Below the pieces are notes generated by a model. That model searched no databases. It had not been told where the DNA came from and saw nothing but the letters and a program-made list of their open reading frames with translations. DNA of 20,000 nucleotides from the IMG/VR virus record IMGVR_UViG_3300047539_000147; one strand, 5' to 3'. This DNA is from an uncultured virus (IMG/VR IMGVR_UViG_3300047539_000147). Its lineage: Duplodnaviria; Heunggongvirae; Uroviricota; Caudoviricetes. How positions within the stretch are numbered: the stretch's first letter is position 1; each line of letters begins with the position of its first letter. Of the stretch, positions 9,914 to 18,676 are shown piece by piece. The translations under genes and the position numbers were made by a program.

Positions 9914-12900
9914 ATGCCGTCCGGCACAATCGACCAACTCATCGTCAACTCGCCCTACAGGGAGCCAGAGCAGCACTGGAGCTACGAGCGCGAGTCACGC
10001 TCATTCACGCTGAAACCCGGACGCAGGCCGGCGGGCTACGTGACGGCGACACCTGGCGCGAAGACCTTCGACGATCCAGGCATCTTTCGCGAACTGCCCC
10101 TGGTGAATCAAATCCGGCCGCGCGTGAAGGCATGGCGGGAGGCAGACCACCCAGGTGTCTCCGGCGTCACCAAGAAGCTGCTTTCGCACTGGCACGATGT
10201 CGAGCAGCGGAACGGGCGGCGCTTCTTTTTCTGCCAGCTTGAAGCTATGGAGACCCTGGTCTGGCTGACTGAGGCGGCGGCGTCGGAGCGCGTCGGCATC
10301 AATATCCCCGGCGACGGCGGGACCTTCACCAGGATCTGCACCAAGATGGCCACCGGCTCTGGCAAGACCATCGTGATGTCGATGGTGGTAGCCTGGCACG
10401 TTCTCAACAAGGTTGCTTACCCGCAGGATAAACGCTTCTCAAAGAACGTCTTCATTGTCGCGCCGGGCTTGACCGTAAAGAGCCGTCTTGGAGTGCTCGT
10501 GCCAGGCTCTGCGGACAACTACTACGACCTGTTCAACATTGTGCCCATGGGCCTGCACGACCAGATGCGGCAGGGCAAGGTAATGATCCGTAACTGGCAC
10601 ACGCTGATGCCGCTCGATCCGGATGCCGGGCCCAAAGTGATTAGAAAAGGTCCGGAGAGCGATGAAGCGTTCACCAGGCGCACCATGGAGGACTTGGCCA
10701 GCGCTCAGAATCTGCTCGTCATAAATGATGAAGCTCACCACGCCTGGCGCGTCCCGCCAAAGCTGTCAGCCCAGGATTTCGGAAAGCAGGAATTGGAGGA
10801 GGCCACGCTGTGGATCGGAGGCCTGGACCGCATCCATAAGACGCGCGGTATCCTTTCCTGCTATGACCTGACCGCCACGCCGTTCGCGCCCACGGGAAAG
10901 AAGAGCGACGAGGAGACCTTGTTCGGTTGGATTGCCAGCGATTTCGGTCTGAATGATGCGATTGAATCGGGTTTGGTAAAGACGCCACGTGTCGTGGTCC
11001 GTGATGATGGGACGCTGACGAAGGATTACAAATCGCGCCTTTACCACATCTACATGGACGACGAGGTTCGCGATGACCTCAACCGCAAAGCGGAGCCACA
11101 CGAACCGCTGCCTGACCTTGTCCAGAACGCCTACTACCTGCTCGGCAAGGATTGGCTGGAAACCTCGAAGCGCTGGTCGGAGGCGGGGTTCAAGGTGCCG
11201 CCGGTGATGATCACCGTGGCGAACCGGACGGAAACTTCGTCACGTATCAAATACGCATTTGACCGCGGCAAGATTCGTATCGATGAATTGTGCGTGCCGG
11301 AGAAGACGCTGCAGATCGACTCAAGGGTCCTGGACAAAGCGGAGGCCCGCGAAGAGGCGCCCGAGATCGCAACAGACATTCGCAGAACCCGCCGAGGAGG
11401 AGGACAACGGCCAGCCCGCTGCAAAGGTATCGAAAAAGGACCAATTCGAACTGCTGCGGCGTATCGTGGGTAGCGTCGGCCAAGCGGGTCAGCCCGGCGA
11501 GCAGATCCAGAATGTGATCTCGGTCGGCATGCTTTCTGAGGGCTGGGACGCGAAAACCGTAACGCACATCATGGGGCTGCGCGCGTTTACGAGCCAACTA
11601 TTGTGCGAGCAGGTGGTGGGGCGCGGATTGCGGCGAACGTCCTACGACGTGAATCCCGAGACCGGTTTGTTCGAGCCGGAATACGTCAACATCTTTGGCG
11701 TACCGTTCACCTTCCTGCCGCATGAGGGTGGCGAGGGCGCGCCGCCACCGCCGCCGCCTCCGAAGACGGAGATCAAGCCCCTGTCGGAGCGGGTCGCGTT
11801 CGAGCTCACGTGGCCGAACATCGTGCGCATCGATCACGAGTTCCGGCCGAAGCTCACGCTCAACACGGCTCTGGTGAAACCGCTGCTCATCGATGCCGCC
11901 GAAACACGGACTATCGCCGAGCTGGCACCTATCGTCGAGGGCAAACCAGAGATCCGAATGGTGAGCGAGATCAACCTGCAAGAGTTGGGGCAGAAGTTCC
12001 GGATGCAGCGCATCATTTTCGAGACGGCGCGCGACATCTTCGACCAGATGCGGCCCACCTGGAAGGGCAGCCGAGAAGCCCTGCTTGCGCAGTTGATTCG
12101 GCTGGTGGAGCGATTCCTCGCGAGTGGCAAGATTGACATCACGCCGCCCCTGTTTACCCAGGACCCATTGCGGCGGCGCATTGTGCTCACGCTCAACATG
12201 AATCGCATCGTGCAGCACATTTGGGAAGCGATCCGATTCGAGAACACCCAAGCACTGGCGTTGGTATTCGACACGGAGCATCCGATCCGGAGCACGGGCG
12301 ACATGCGTTCGTGGTACACGGGCCGGCCATGCGAAATGACATCGCGGTCCCACATCAACTTCTGCGTGTACGACAGCACCTGGGAGGCATCGGAATCGTA
12401 CGTATTCGACAAGAACCCGAACGTGTCGGCGTGGGTGAAGAACGACCATCTTGGCTTCGACGTGCTGTACGTGTTCAAGGGCGTCGTCAAGAAATATCGC
12501 CCGGACTTTTTGGTCCGGTTGAACGCGGGAACCATGCTCGTGCTCGAGGTGAAAGGCCAGGACTCACCCGAGAACCGCACCAAGCGGGAATTCCTGGCCG
12601 AGTGGGTACGTGCCGTCAACGAAAATGGCGGGTTCGGGCGATGGGAGTCGGACGTTTCATTCCACGTCAAGGACATCGAGGGCATTCTTGCCCGCCACTC
12701 ATCCGCATCCGTGGTGATCGGCCCAGGCAAATCGGCGTCGATTGAAGCTCTCCAACGGCTATCCGCCCACCTTTCCATTTCGAATCAGGACATTGCCCGC
12801 CTGCTTCACGCGTCCGCCGAAATGATCGTGCATTGGGAGTCGGGCGAGACTGTGATGCCGCCTGAAATGGAGGTGGCAGTTACGGCTGCGGACACTGCGC

Positions 12901-13061
12901 TGCGGCGGATTCTTGCGATCTTCCGGCCCGAGCGACTTCGGGATGTCATCCGGCAGAGAGTGGAGCTATTCCATGGACGCTCCGCCCTTGATTTGATTTT
13001 GGAGGGCCGCATAGAGGAAGTAGCAGACCTCTATGTCGCGGCATTCGCGTATCAGGGATGA
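9914..13061 (+). CDS. res: Type III restriction endonuclease subunit (SF2 helicase + PD-(D/E)XK nuclease) with C-terminal Xre-HTH/MbcA-ParS-like antitoxin extension; apparent frameshift ~11380
   Basis: FFCQLEA, Walker A KMATGSGKT, INDEAHH, LTATP, VGMLSEGWD, QVVGRGLRR, nuclease YRPDFLV...LEVKG. After DIEGILARHS the frame continues ~116 aa: LSISNQDIARLLHASAEMIVHWESG (Xre HTH) and LFHGRSALDLILEGRIEEVADL (antitoxin C-terminal motif). Confidence 0.9.
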
Positions 13062-13600
13062 AGGCGACTGTTTACCACAATCATCTGCCGATCTACCGGG
13101 TCGTGAGGCGCGGCTGGCCCGATCCCATCGACACGGCGTTCTCGCAATCTCCCAAGGTGGACAACCGATGGAATACGGTTGATTTTCCGGCGCTCTACTG
13201 TTGCTGCTCGGAGGCCGTTGCGAGCGCCATTGTGAGAGACATCTTTCGCATCACCGGAGCCACCCTCGCTGATCTCCTCGAAACCGCTTATCCGCAACTG
13301 GTAGAGATCCAGTGGCAGGGGGAACCCGTCGACATGACCGCCGAATCCGCGATTGTGTTGGCTGGCTTTTCGCCTGACTACCCCGATGGCGCGAATCACA
13401 GCCAGACTCAAATCGTTGCCATCAGTTGGCACGCCGTCGGTGCCTCAGGCGTTTTGTGTCGAAGTGCCTCGATGGCTCGCCTGGGGTTCAACGGTTGGAG
13501 CGGTGACCATGCGGCGTGGAGCGAGCTTGCCATATACACGGAGAACTGCGCTACGAAGCCGAACGTGCTGAATCGCCGGGATGACCTGGGCTGGCTGTAG
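13058..13600 (+). CDS. RES-domain protein (putative NAD+-consuming toxin of the Xre-RES/MbcT/ParT class)
   Basis: 180 aa, ATGA overlap with the upstream gene. IYRVVR, DNRWN, PALYC, TQIVA..W, GVLCRSA, ELAIY follow the order of RES-family motifs. Confidence 0.85.
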   Translation: MKATVYHNHLPIYRVVRRGWPDPIDTAFSQSPKVDNRWNTVDFPALYCCCSEAVASAIVRDIFRITGATLADLLETAYPQLVEIQWQGEPVDMTAESAIVLAGFSPDYPDGANHSQTQIVAISWHAVGASGVLCRSASMARLGFNGWSGDHAAWSELAIYTENCATKPNVLNRRDDLGWL

Positions 13601-14057
13601 TCGCAGCCCCTTGTCCTGTTTCCATTCTGCCTCGCGGAGCCGATACAGGGCGAGCTTTCTTCAAATCCATCCATGTTCGCCTTTGATTGTCCCAGAGCAC
13701 GATCTTTGTGAGCGCTCGGACTGCTGTTTCGGCGGTAGCGGGCGTTCTGATCGGCAGCCCCTCCCCACTCAAGATCTCCTCTTGAATCTCTGGCGCGAGG
13801 AGCAGGAGATTCATAATCTGCGTGAGCCGGGCGCGCGACACGTACCCCAACCGAGCGATGTCCGCGTAGTCGTGCACTTCGCCGCGGTTGACCATGTCCT
13901 GGAACTTGACGGCGAGAGCCATCAATCGAGCGATTCGCGGGATGCGTGGCGGGTCGGGCACCTTGGGCACAGCCGGGCTGCGGTGCCAGCCACCCTTGCG
14001 GCCCTTCGCCGGTACGATGGTGATTTCGACCTGAAGTGTCCCGTCGTCGATACTCAT
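13551..14057 (-). CDS. Serine recombinase-associated HTH-like accessory protein
   Basis: RIARLMALAVKFQDMVNRGEVHDYADIARLGYVSRARLTQIMNLLLLAPEIQEEIL...WDNQRRTW. ATGA-coupled to the recombinase. The last ~30 aa look non-conserved and overlap the RES gene. Confidence 0.8.
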   Translation of the reverse strand: MSIDDGTLQVEITIVPAKGRKGGWHRSPAVPKVPDPPRIPRIARLMALAVKFQDMVNRGEVHDYADIARLGYVSRARLTQIMNLLLLAPEIQEEILSGEGLPIRTPATAETAVRALTKIVLWDNQRRTWMDLKKARPVSAPRGRMETGQGAATTASPGHPGDSARSAS

Positions 14058-15592
14058 CGGACTGCCTCCTTCTGAACCAGTTCCTTCACGCCGGCCGATT
14101 TGAAGCTCACCGTGACCTTGCCAGTGCGGCCGTCGTAGCCGACCTTCTCCACCAGTTGGCGCAGGAGGTTCCGCTGCTCATCAAGGTTCATGGCCTTCCA
14201 CACGTCCTCGAAGGACTCCATCGTGCGGCGCAACTCCTTCTCGTCGATCCGCTGCTTCTCACGCCGCAGAATCTCCTTGCGAAGCTCCTCTGCGCGCGTT
14301 TCCCCTGCTGCGAGTTGCTCCCGGATCTCGGCCAACCGGGCAGCCTCCGGGTTTCGAATCCGTGCGATCTGCGACTTCAGATTCTTGACGCGACCGTTCG
14401 TCGTGTTCAGTTCCTCGCGCAAACCGGTAATCATCTCCGCGAGCTGCTGCCGCGCCAAGCGCGCGGTCTCAGCAAGCACGTCTGGCTGCACGCCGACGCG
14501 CCGTATACTCTCGACAACCGCGTCCTCAACGGACGGCGCGGACACTGCGCGCGAGGTGCAGTAGCCTTCGAGTTTCTGCTGAGACCGGTAGCAGACGTAG
14601 TAGCGGTAGCGCCTCTCCTTGTTGGCCGAGTACGTCGAGTACATGCCGGAGCCGCAGCAGGAGCAGTAGATCAGCCCACGCAGCAGAGCATCGAATTTGA
14701 CGCGATGGGCGTTGCCCGGTGTCCACGCGTTCTCTTTGAGGCGCTTCTGGGCCATGTCGAAGGTCTGCTGGTCGATAACGGCTTCGTGCTCTCCGGGGAA
14801 GATTTCATCGCCCACCTTCACCTGCCCCGTGTAGAGGACGTTGCCGAGCAGTTTGTAGATGTGGCACCGGCGTAGCGCGCTGCCGCCGTAGAGCTTTCCG
14901 TCCTGTGTGGTCCATTGCTTGTTGCGCCACCCCAGCTTGTCGAATCGTTGGACAATCTCCAGAACCGGCGTTCCTTCCAGATAGAGGCGGAACATCTCTC
15001 GGATGCGCTCAGCCTCCTCGGGATTGACGGCCAACTTCCCGGCGCGCGAGTCGAGGTCGTAGCCCAGGAGGATGTGCCCACCGGTCCACTTGCCCTTCTT
15101 CCGCGCCGCCACCTGCTTGTCGCGCGTGCGCTCCGAAATGATCTCGCGCTCGAACTGGGCGAAGGATAGCAGGATATTCAGCGTCAGGCGGCCCAGTGAA
15201 GAGTTCGTGTTGAACTGCTGCGTGACGGAGACGAAGCAGACGCCGCGCTTCTCGAACAACTCCATCATCTTGGAGAAGTCGATCAGTGAACGGCTCAGGC
15301 GATCAACCTTGTAGACGACTACGCAGTCGATCTTGCCGGCTTCGATATCGGCCAGCAGTTGTTTCACGCCGGGCCGTTCGATGTTCGCGCCTGTGTATCC
15401 GCCGTCGCTGTACTGGGTGGGCACCAGGGTCCAGCCGTCGTGCTTCTGGCTGAGGATGTACGCCTCGGCCGCCTCGCGCTGGGCGTCGAGCGAGTTGAAT
15501 TCCTGGTTCAGGCCCTCCTCCGTCGACTTCCGCGTGTAGATCGCGCATCGGACGGGTTTTGGCGCGGTCGTGCCGTTACTGGTGGCTGCCAT
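14054..15592 (-). CDS. Large serine recombinase (resolvase + recombinase + zinc-ribbon domains)
   Basis: RCAIYTRKS (catalytic Ser), SLDAQR, YSDGGYTG, VVVYKVDRLSRS, FAQFEREIISERT, LGY, GEHEAVID, LLRGLIYCSCCG...YRYYVC, then coiled coil. ATG 15592 with GGAGG RBS. Confidence 0.96.
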   Translation of the reverse strand: MAATSNGTTAPKPVRCAIYTRKSTEEGLNQEFNSLDAQREAAEAYILSQKHDGWTLVPTQYSDGGYTGANIERPGVKQLLADIEAGKIDCVVVYKVDRLSRSLIDFSKMMELFEKRGVCFVSVTQQFNTNSSLGRLTLNILLSFAQFEREIISERTRDKQVAARKKGKWTGGHILLGYDLDSRAGKLAVNPEEAERIREMFRLYLEGTPVLEIVQRFDKLGWRNKQWTTQDGKLYGGSALRRCHIYKLLGNVLYTGQVKVGDEIFPGEHEAVIDQQTFDMAQKRLKENAWTPGNAHRVKFDALLRGLIYCSCCGSGMYSTYSANKERRYRYYVCYRSQQKLEGYCTSRAVSAPSVEDAVVESIRRVGVQPDVLAETARLARQQLAEMITGLREELNTTNGRVKNLKSQIARIRNPEAARLAEIREQLAAGETRAEELRKEILRREKQRIDEKELRRTMESFEDVWKAMNLDEQRNLLRQLVEKVGYDGRTGKVTVSFKSAGVKELVQKEAVR

Positions 15593-16109
15593 GTTTCCTC
15601 CCCGGCTTGCCGCCAAGCCCGAAGAACGCGAACCCGTTCCACGGCGTGCCGGTAGCCTGGCGCACGGCGGAACTCAGGGAACGGTGGATCTGGCCACCGC
15701 ACTCGAAGCCGTCCTCCCGAACGCGAACGACGACATCCTTACCCCGGTAGCGTCGCACCAGTTCGGTGCCGGGCATCGGGAGCCGCGGGTCCTCGGTCGG
15801 CGCGACGCGCGTCTCAAGCGTGCGGCTCTCGTCCAGATCCACTTTCAAAAAGTTTTTGGGTGCCCGAATGCGGAGGTCAGCGTCGTCGGCGATCTCCAGT
15901 GCGCGGCGGCGCGCGCGTTCCGAGAGGCCGCCGTAAGCGTTCGCCTGCATGCGCCAGGCGATTCGCCGGAAGAGGAACTGTTTGTGATTCGACCGGCTCG
16001 ATTCGCTGAAGACATCACGGTACTTGTCCTTAAGCTGCCCGACGGTCATGTGGCGCAAGGCCTCGATCTCTTCCCGCAGGCCCGTTGATCTATTGGTCTC
16101 TGTTTTCAT
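15576..16109 (-). CDS. DUF2924 domain protein
   Basis: RRIAWRMQANAYGGLS, PMPGTELVRRYRG, SLSSAVRQATGTPWNGFAFFGL. Located directly upstream of a large serine recombinase, the usual position for this family. Confidence 0.9.
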   Translation of the reverse strand: MKTETNRSTGLREEIEALRHMTVGQLKDKYRDVFSESSRSNHKQFLFRRIAWRMQANAYGGLSERARRRALEIADDADLRIRAPKNFLKVDLDESRTLETRVAPTEDPRLPMPGTELVRRYRGKDVVVRVREDGFECGGQIHRSLSSAVRQATGTPWNGFAFFGLGGKPGRKHGSHQ

Positions 16110-16113
16110 AGTG

Positions 16114-16263
16114 TTAACCAGCAGTCACATGAGGGCGGGAATTCTCGGCACAGTCAACTTCCTTCCGGAGAGGTTCGGGGAAGCGCAGGCGCACGTAGGC
16201 GGTCGCAAGAATGGCGGCGACCTGGTGTACGGCCTCGGCGCGATCAGCATCGCGGTCGTTCAT
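16114..16263 (-). CDS. Small (49 aa) hypothetical protein upstream of DUF2924
   Basis: AAGGAG RBS then ATG 16263: MNDRDADRAEAVHQVAAILATAYVRLRFPEPLRKEVDCAENSRPHVTAG-stop, ending 4 bp before the DUF2924 start. Below the ORF-track length cutoff. Confidence 0.55.
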   Translation of the reverse strand: MNDRDADRAEAVHQVAAILATAYVRLRFPEPLRKEVDCAENSRPHVTAG

Positions 16264-16432
16264 GAGCGGTCTCCTTGGAGGCCACCCACGACGATGTCCG
16301 CTTCGCGGTCGAGCGCCGTCTGGTGGGATTATCGACGCGGTCTGTTTCCGCGTCCGTTCACTATATACGCAGGGAACGTGGAAGATGTCTCACTCGGGGG
16401 CGGCGATTTCGCGCGGGCGTTAACAAACGCGG

Positions 16433-16559
16433 AAAGACGGAACCAGAGACGGGGAGACGGGGCGCAGAGAGGGAGTGGAACCGGGCAGGACTCGGCGGGC
16501 CAACCGTCGTGGGCTCGAACCGAGAGACGAACGGAGACCGGAAGTTCTTCGAAAGACTA
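16433..16559 (+). repeat. Cluster of short purine-rich direct repeats (RRAGACG) beside the attachment site
   Basis: AAAGACGG 16433, AGAGACGG 16445, GGAGACGG 16453, CAGAGAGG 16465, AGAGACGA 16523, GGAGACCG 16533, AAAGACTA 16552. Confidence 0.5.
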
Positions 16560-16622
16560 CGCCGACGCGCAGGGACGATGCCGTCAACCAACGGGCACCC
16601 AAATCAGTGGAGGGAAAGGATT

Positions 16623-16670
16623 TGGCTCCTCAGGTAGGACTCGAACTTCCTACCCATTGGTTCACAGCGG
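16623..16670 (-). other. tRNA 3'-end fragment (tRNA-Asn-like), probable att site; not a functional tRNA
   Basis: Minus strand reads ...CCGCTGTGAACCAATGGGTAGGAA-GTTCGAGTCCTACCTGAGGAGCCA: intact T-loop, 3' T-stem, acceptor strand and CCA. The 5' T-stem and anticodon arm are degenerate and there is no D-arm or 5' acceptor strand. The Asn assignment is from recalled similarity. Confidence 0.75.
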
Positions 16671-16870
16671 AGAGATAACCCCATTGTTTTCAGTAAGCCG
16701 TTCGTGCAGCGTTGTCGTCTGCAATCCTGTCAGGCCCTATTCGGGTCTCGTTTGACGCGCGGAGTGCAGCCTCAGCGCGGTTTTTTCGTCGCCTCGTCCT
16801 GCACAGGCGCACGACCGCCCTCGATGCGCCTGCAGGCGGGCACTCCCGCGCAGGTTCGCCACCCGCGCAC

Positions 16871-17317
16871 GTTACGTTCGCTCCCACCAGACTGACGTTT
16901 GCAAACCAAACAGTCAACACCATCAATCCGGCTCAGAACGCCACGCTGACCAACAGCGGCCTCGGGCTTCTCACGATTCGGGAGTATCGCGGCGTCCGGC
17001 CCCTTCGCTCAGACGAATACCTGCGGCGCAACTCTGATCTCCGGCGCGAGTTGCACGATCAGCGTCACTTTCACTCCGAACACGACCGGCAAGGGCGGCG
17101 CGGCCGTAAGCATCACGGCCGTCTCCGTCGCCGGCGCAAATGCCGGGGACTTCGCTCAAACCAACACCTGCGGCACAAGCCTAGCGTCGGGAGCAAGCTG
17201 CTTCATCACGGTCACCTTCGCACCGTCGGCAAGGGCAAGCGGACAGCCGACATCTCGGTCACAAATAACGGCGGCGGCAGCCCGCAGAAGGTATCGCTAA
17301 GCGGGACGGGGACCTGA
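16871..17317 (+). pseudogene. C-terminal fragment of an Ig-like repeat (choice-of-anchor D/ASH-type) surface protein
   Basis: LTFANQTV...ATLTNSG, then in a shifted frame FAQTNTCGATLISGASCTISVTFTP and DFAQTNTCGTSLASGASCFITVTFAP, ending GGSPQKVSLSGTGT-stop. No start or signal peptide; the first repeat is cut short. Confidence 0.8.
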
Positions 17318-17510
17318 CAACACGCGTGTCCGGCGGACCTATCGGAGCGGATTGCGCGTCCGTGAGTCCCCTCCAGATCCTGCACGACCAAGCGTACGAA
17401 TCGCTTCTAGCAGCGCCACGCCGGGGGGTTAGCGCGGTTTCGCTTGATGTCCCCACCCCCCTGAGGTAAGGTCCAAATGGCTACCGATATTGCCCAATAA
17501 GAGGTTCTAA

Positions 17511-17896
17511 ATGAACGAGTTAACCGTAGTTGACAGAGCAACGGAATGGCGGCGGATGAAGTCCCTGGTTTTGGACAGCGTCAGCTCGCCGATTACCAAA
17601 AGGGTCTACAACATGGCCCTGGACGAGTTCTTCTCCGATGGTACGACGCCAGGAGCCGCGGCCCGGCTTCACCAAAGCCACGCGTTAGCGCCTGGCGCGT
17701 ATCGCTGGAGGAGCGCAAGCTGGGGTCGTCGTCGATCATCGTCCGCATGTCGGCGATCCGCAAGCTGGCGGTGGAGGCGACCGACAACGGCCTGCTGGCG
17801 CCCGAACTGGCCGCCGGCATCCAGCGCGTGAAGAGTGCAAAGTCCATCGGCGTGCGCATGCCGGCAACTGGCTCTCGCTCAGAAGCAAGCCCATGA
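17511..17896 (+). pseudogene. N-terminal fragment of a tyrosine recombinase/integrase (core-binding domain only)
   Basis: GAGG RBS; LVLDSVSSPITKRVYNMALDEF / SAWRVSLEERKLGSSSIIVRMSAIRKLAVEATDNGLL...RVKSAKSIGVR / GNWLS across frameshifts. No catalytic R-H-R-Y domain follows. Confidence 0.75.
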
Positions 17897-18004
17897 GAGC
17901 ACACGCTGGTCGCATTCGCCGATCTGCTTCTGTATGAAGTCGTGAGGGACAACGGCCTGCCTGATTCAAACAGCATAGCCATGCTATATTGAAGAACACT
18001 CCGG

Positions 18005-18340
18005 CTACCTGGCGAAAGTGTTACTGAGCGACCCGAGCGCGTTCGCGGATCCACTGAGAGTGATATCGTAGCTGGCGTATGTGGTGGCCGCCGTCGGTCC
18101 GCTCGACGTGTTGGTGCTGTCCAGCCGGAAGCCAATGGCAGTCAAGCTGCTGCCAATCGGCACCGCGGAAAACTGCGACGCTGCGAGCTGAAATTGAAAT
18201 GTGATGGCGGCGTCCGAGAACGGGCCGTTCACATAGCTGGGGCTCTCTGTGCTCGTGTAGGCATTTGGGACAACTATGGTCCCGGCGGTCGCCGGGAGGA
18301 TTGTGGAAATTGCAAGCAAAGCGATTCGTAATTTCGACAA
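18005..18340 (-). pseudogene. Secreted protein, probably truncated (PEP-CTERM-like N-terminal region)
   Basis: GGGGAGG RBS and TTG 18340. Signal peptide MSKLRIALLAISTILPATA followed by a Ser/Thr-rich beta-type domain (FQFQLAASQF, LTAIGFRLD). Stops at 111 aa with no sorting signal. Confidence 0.55.
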
Positions 18341-18620
18341 TTGAATGACCCTCCCCGGATCAGATTTACATGCGGGTGGTCGGCGCGGCCGGGAAAAACC
18401 AGCCGACATCAGGGCGTACTACGTTGCGATTCCCGGGCTCAGTTGGCAGAACATCGTGGTGGGCGATCCGCTGTGCAAGCCGAGGTAGCCCACGCACTCA
18501 ATGCTTGTGGGTAGACGGGCCAGACCCCTACCGTGTCAAGGTAGCGTTCCGATCCCGCTCTGTTTCGATGCGCCGAAATGCCTCGCGCGGCGCGGATTGG
18601 GCCGATTAGATAAGCCGCGC

Positions 18621-18656
18621 AAAGAGAAAGCCCGCCGCGGCGAGTGCCGGGCGGGC
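18621..18656 (-). terminator. Intrinsic terminator downstream of the DUF3489 gene
   Basis: Plus strand AAAGAGAAA-GCCCGCC(G)CGGC-GAGT-GCCG-GGCGGGC: an 11-bp GC stem with one bulge, followed on the minus strand by TTTCTCTTT, 20 bp after the stop at 18677. Confidence 0.7.
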
Positions 18657-18676
18657 CGAAGGGCGGATGTCCGAAA

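Larger units (their letters stand above)
1..16646. mobile_element. Integrated phage-related island (large serine recombinase/DUF2924 type) with primase-helicase replication module and defence cargo; continues beyond the left edge
   Basis: Co-oriented minus-strand backbone (DUF2924, serine recombinase, accessory gene, regulators, sigma-like, primase-helicase, ParB-MTase). Opposite-strand RM/TA cargo in the middle. tRNA 3' fragment at the right boundary. Confidence 0.75.

Noticed and set aside
11741..11762. CCG-rich run encoding polyproline in Res as a phase-variable repeat
   Set aside because: In-frame, imperfect codon run forming a linker; triplet slippage would not switch expression.
14036..14875. 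279-aa plus-strand ORF, and similar long ORFs opposite primase, mod and res
   Set aside because: High-GC antisense shadows of well-supported genes.
1761..16559. CRISPR array interpretation of the repeat clusters at 1761, 5045 and 16433
   Set aside because: Units are 5-11 bp with no unique spacers of CRISPR length, and no cas genes are present.
16623..16700. Functional tRNA gene (apparent GTG anticodon)
   Set aside because: No D-arm or 5' acceptor strand and a broken T-stem; treated as an att remnant.
16756..16787. Plus-strand hairpin followed by TTTTTT as a terminator
   Set aside because: Imperfect stem and no supported plus-strand gene directly upstream.
17488..17520. dif/Xer-like core site just upstream of the integrase fragment
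   Set aside because: Only weak dyad symmetry (CAATAA-GAGGTT-CTAAAT); equally explained as an RBS region.
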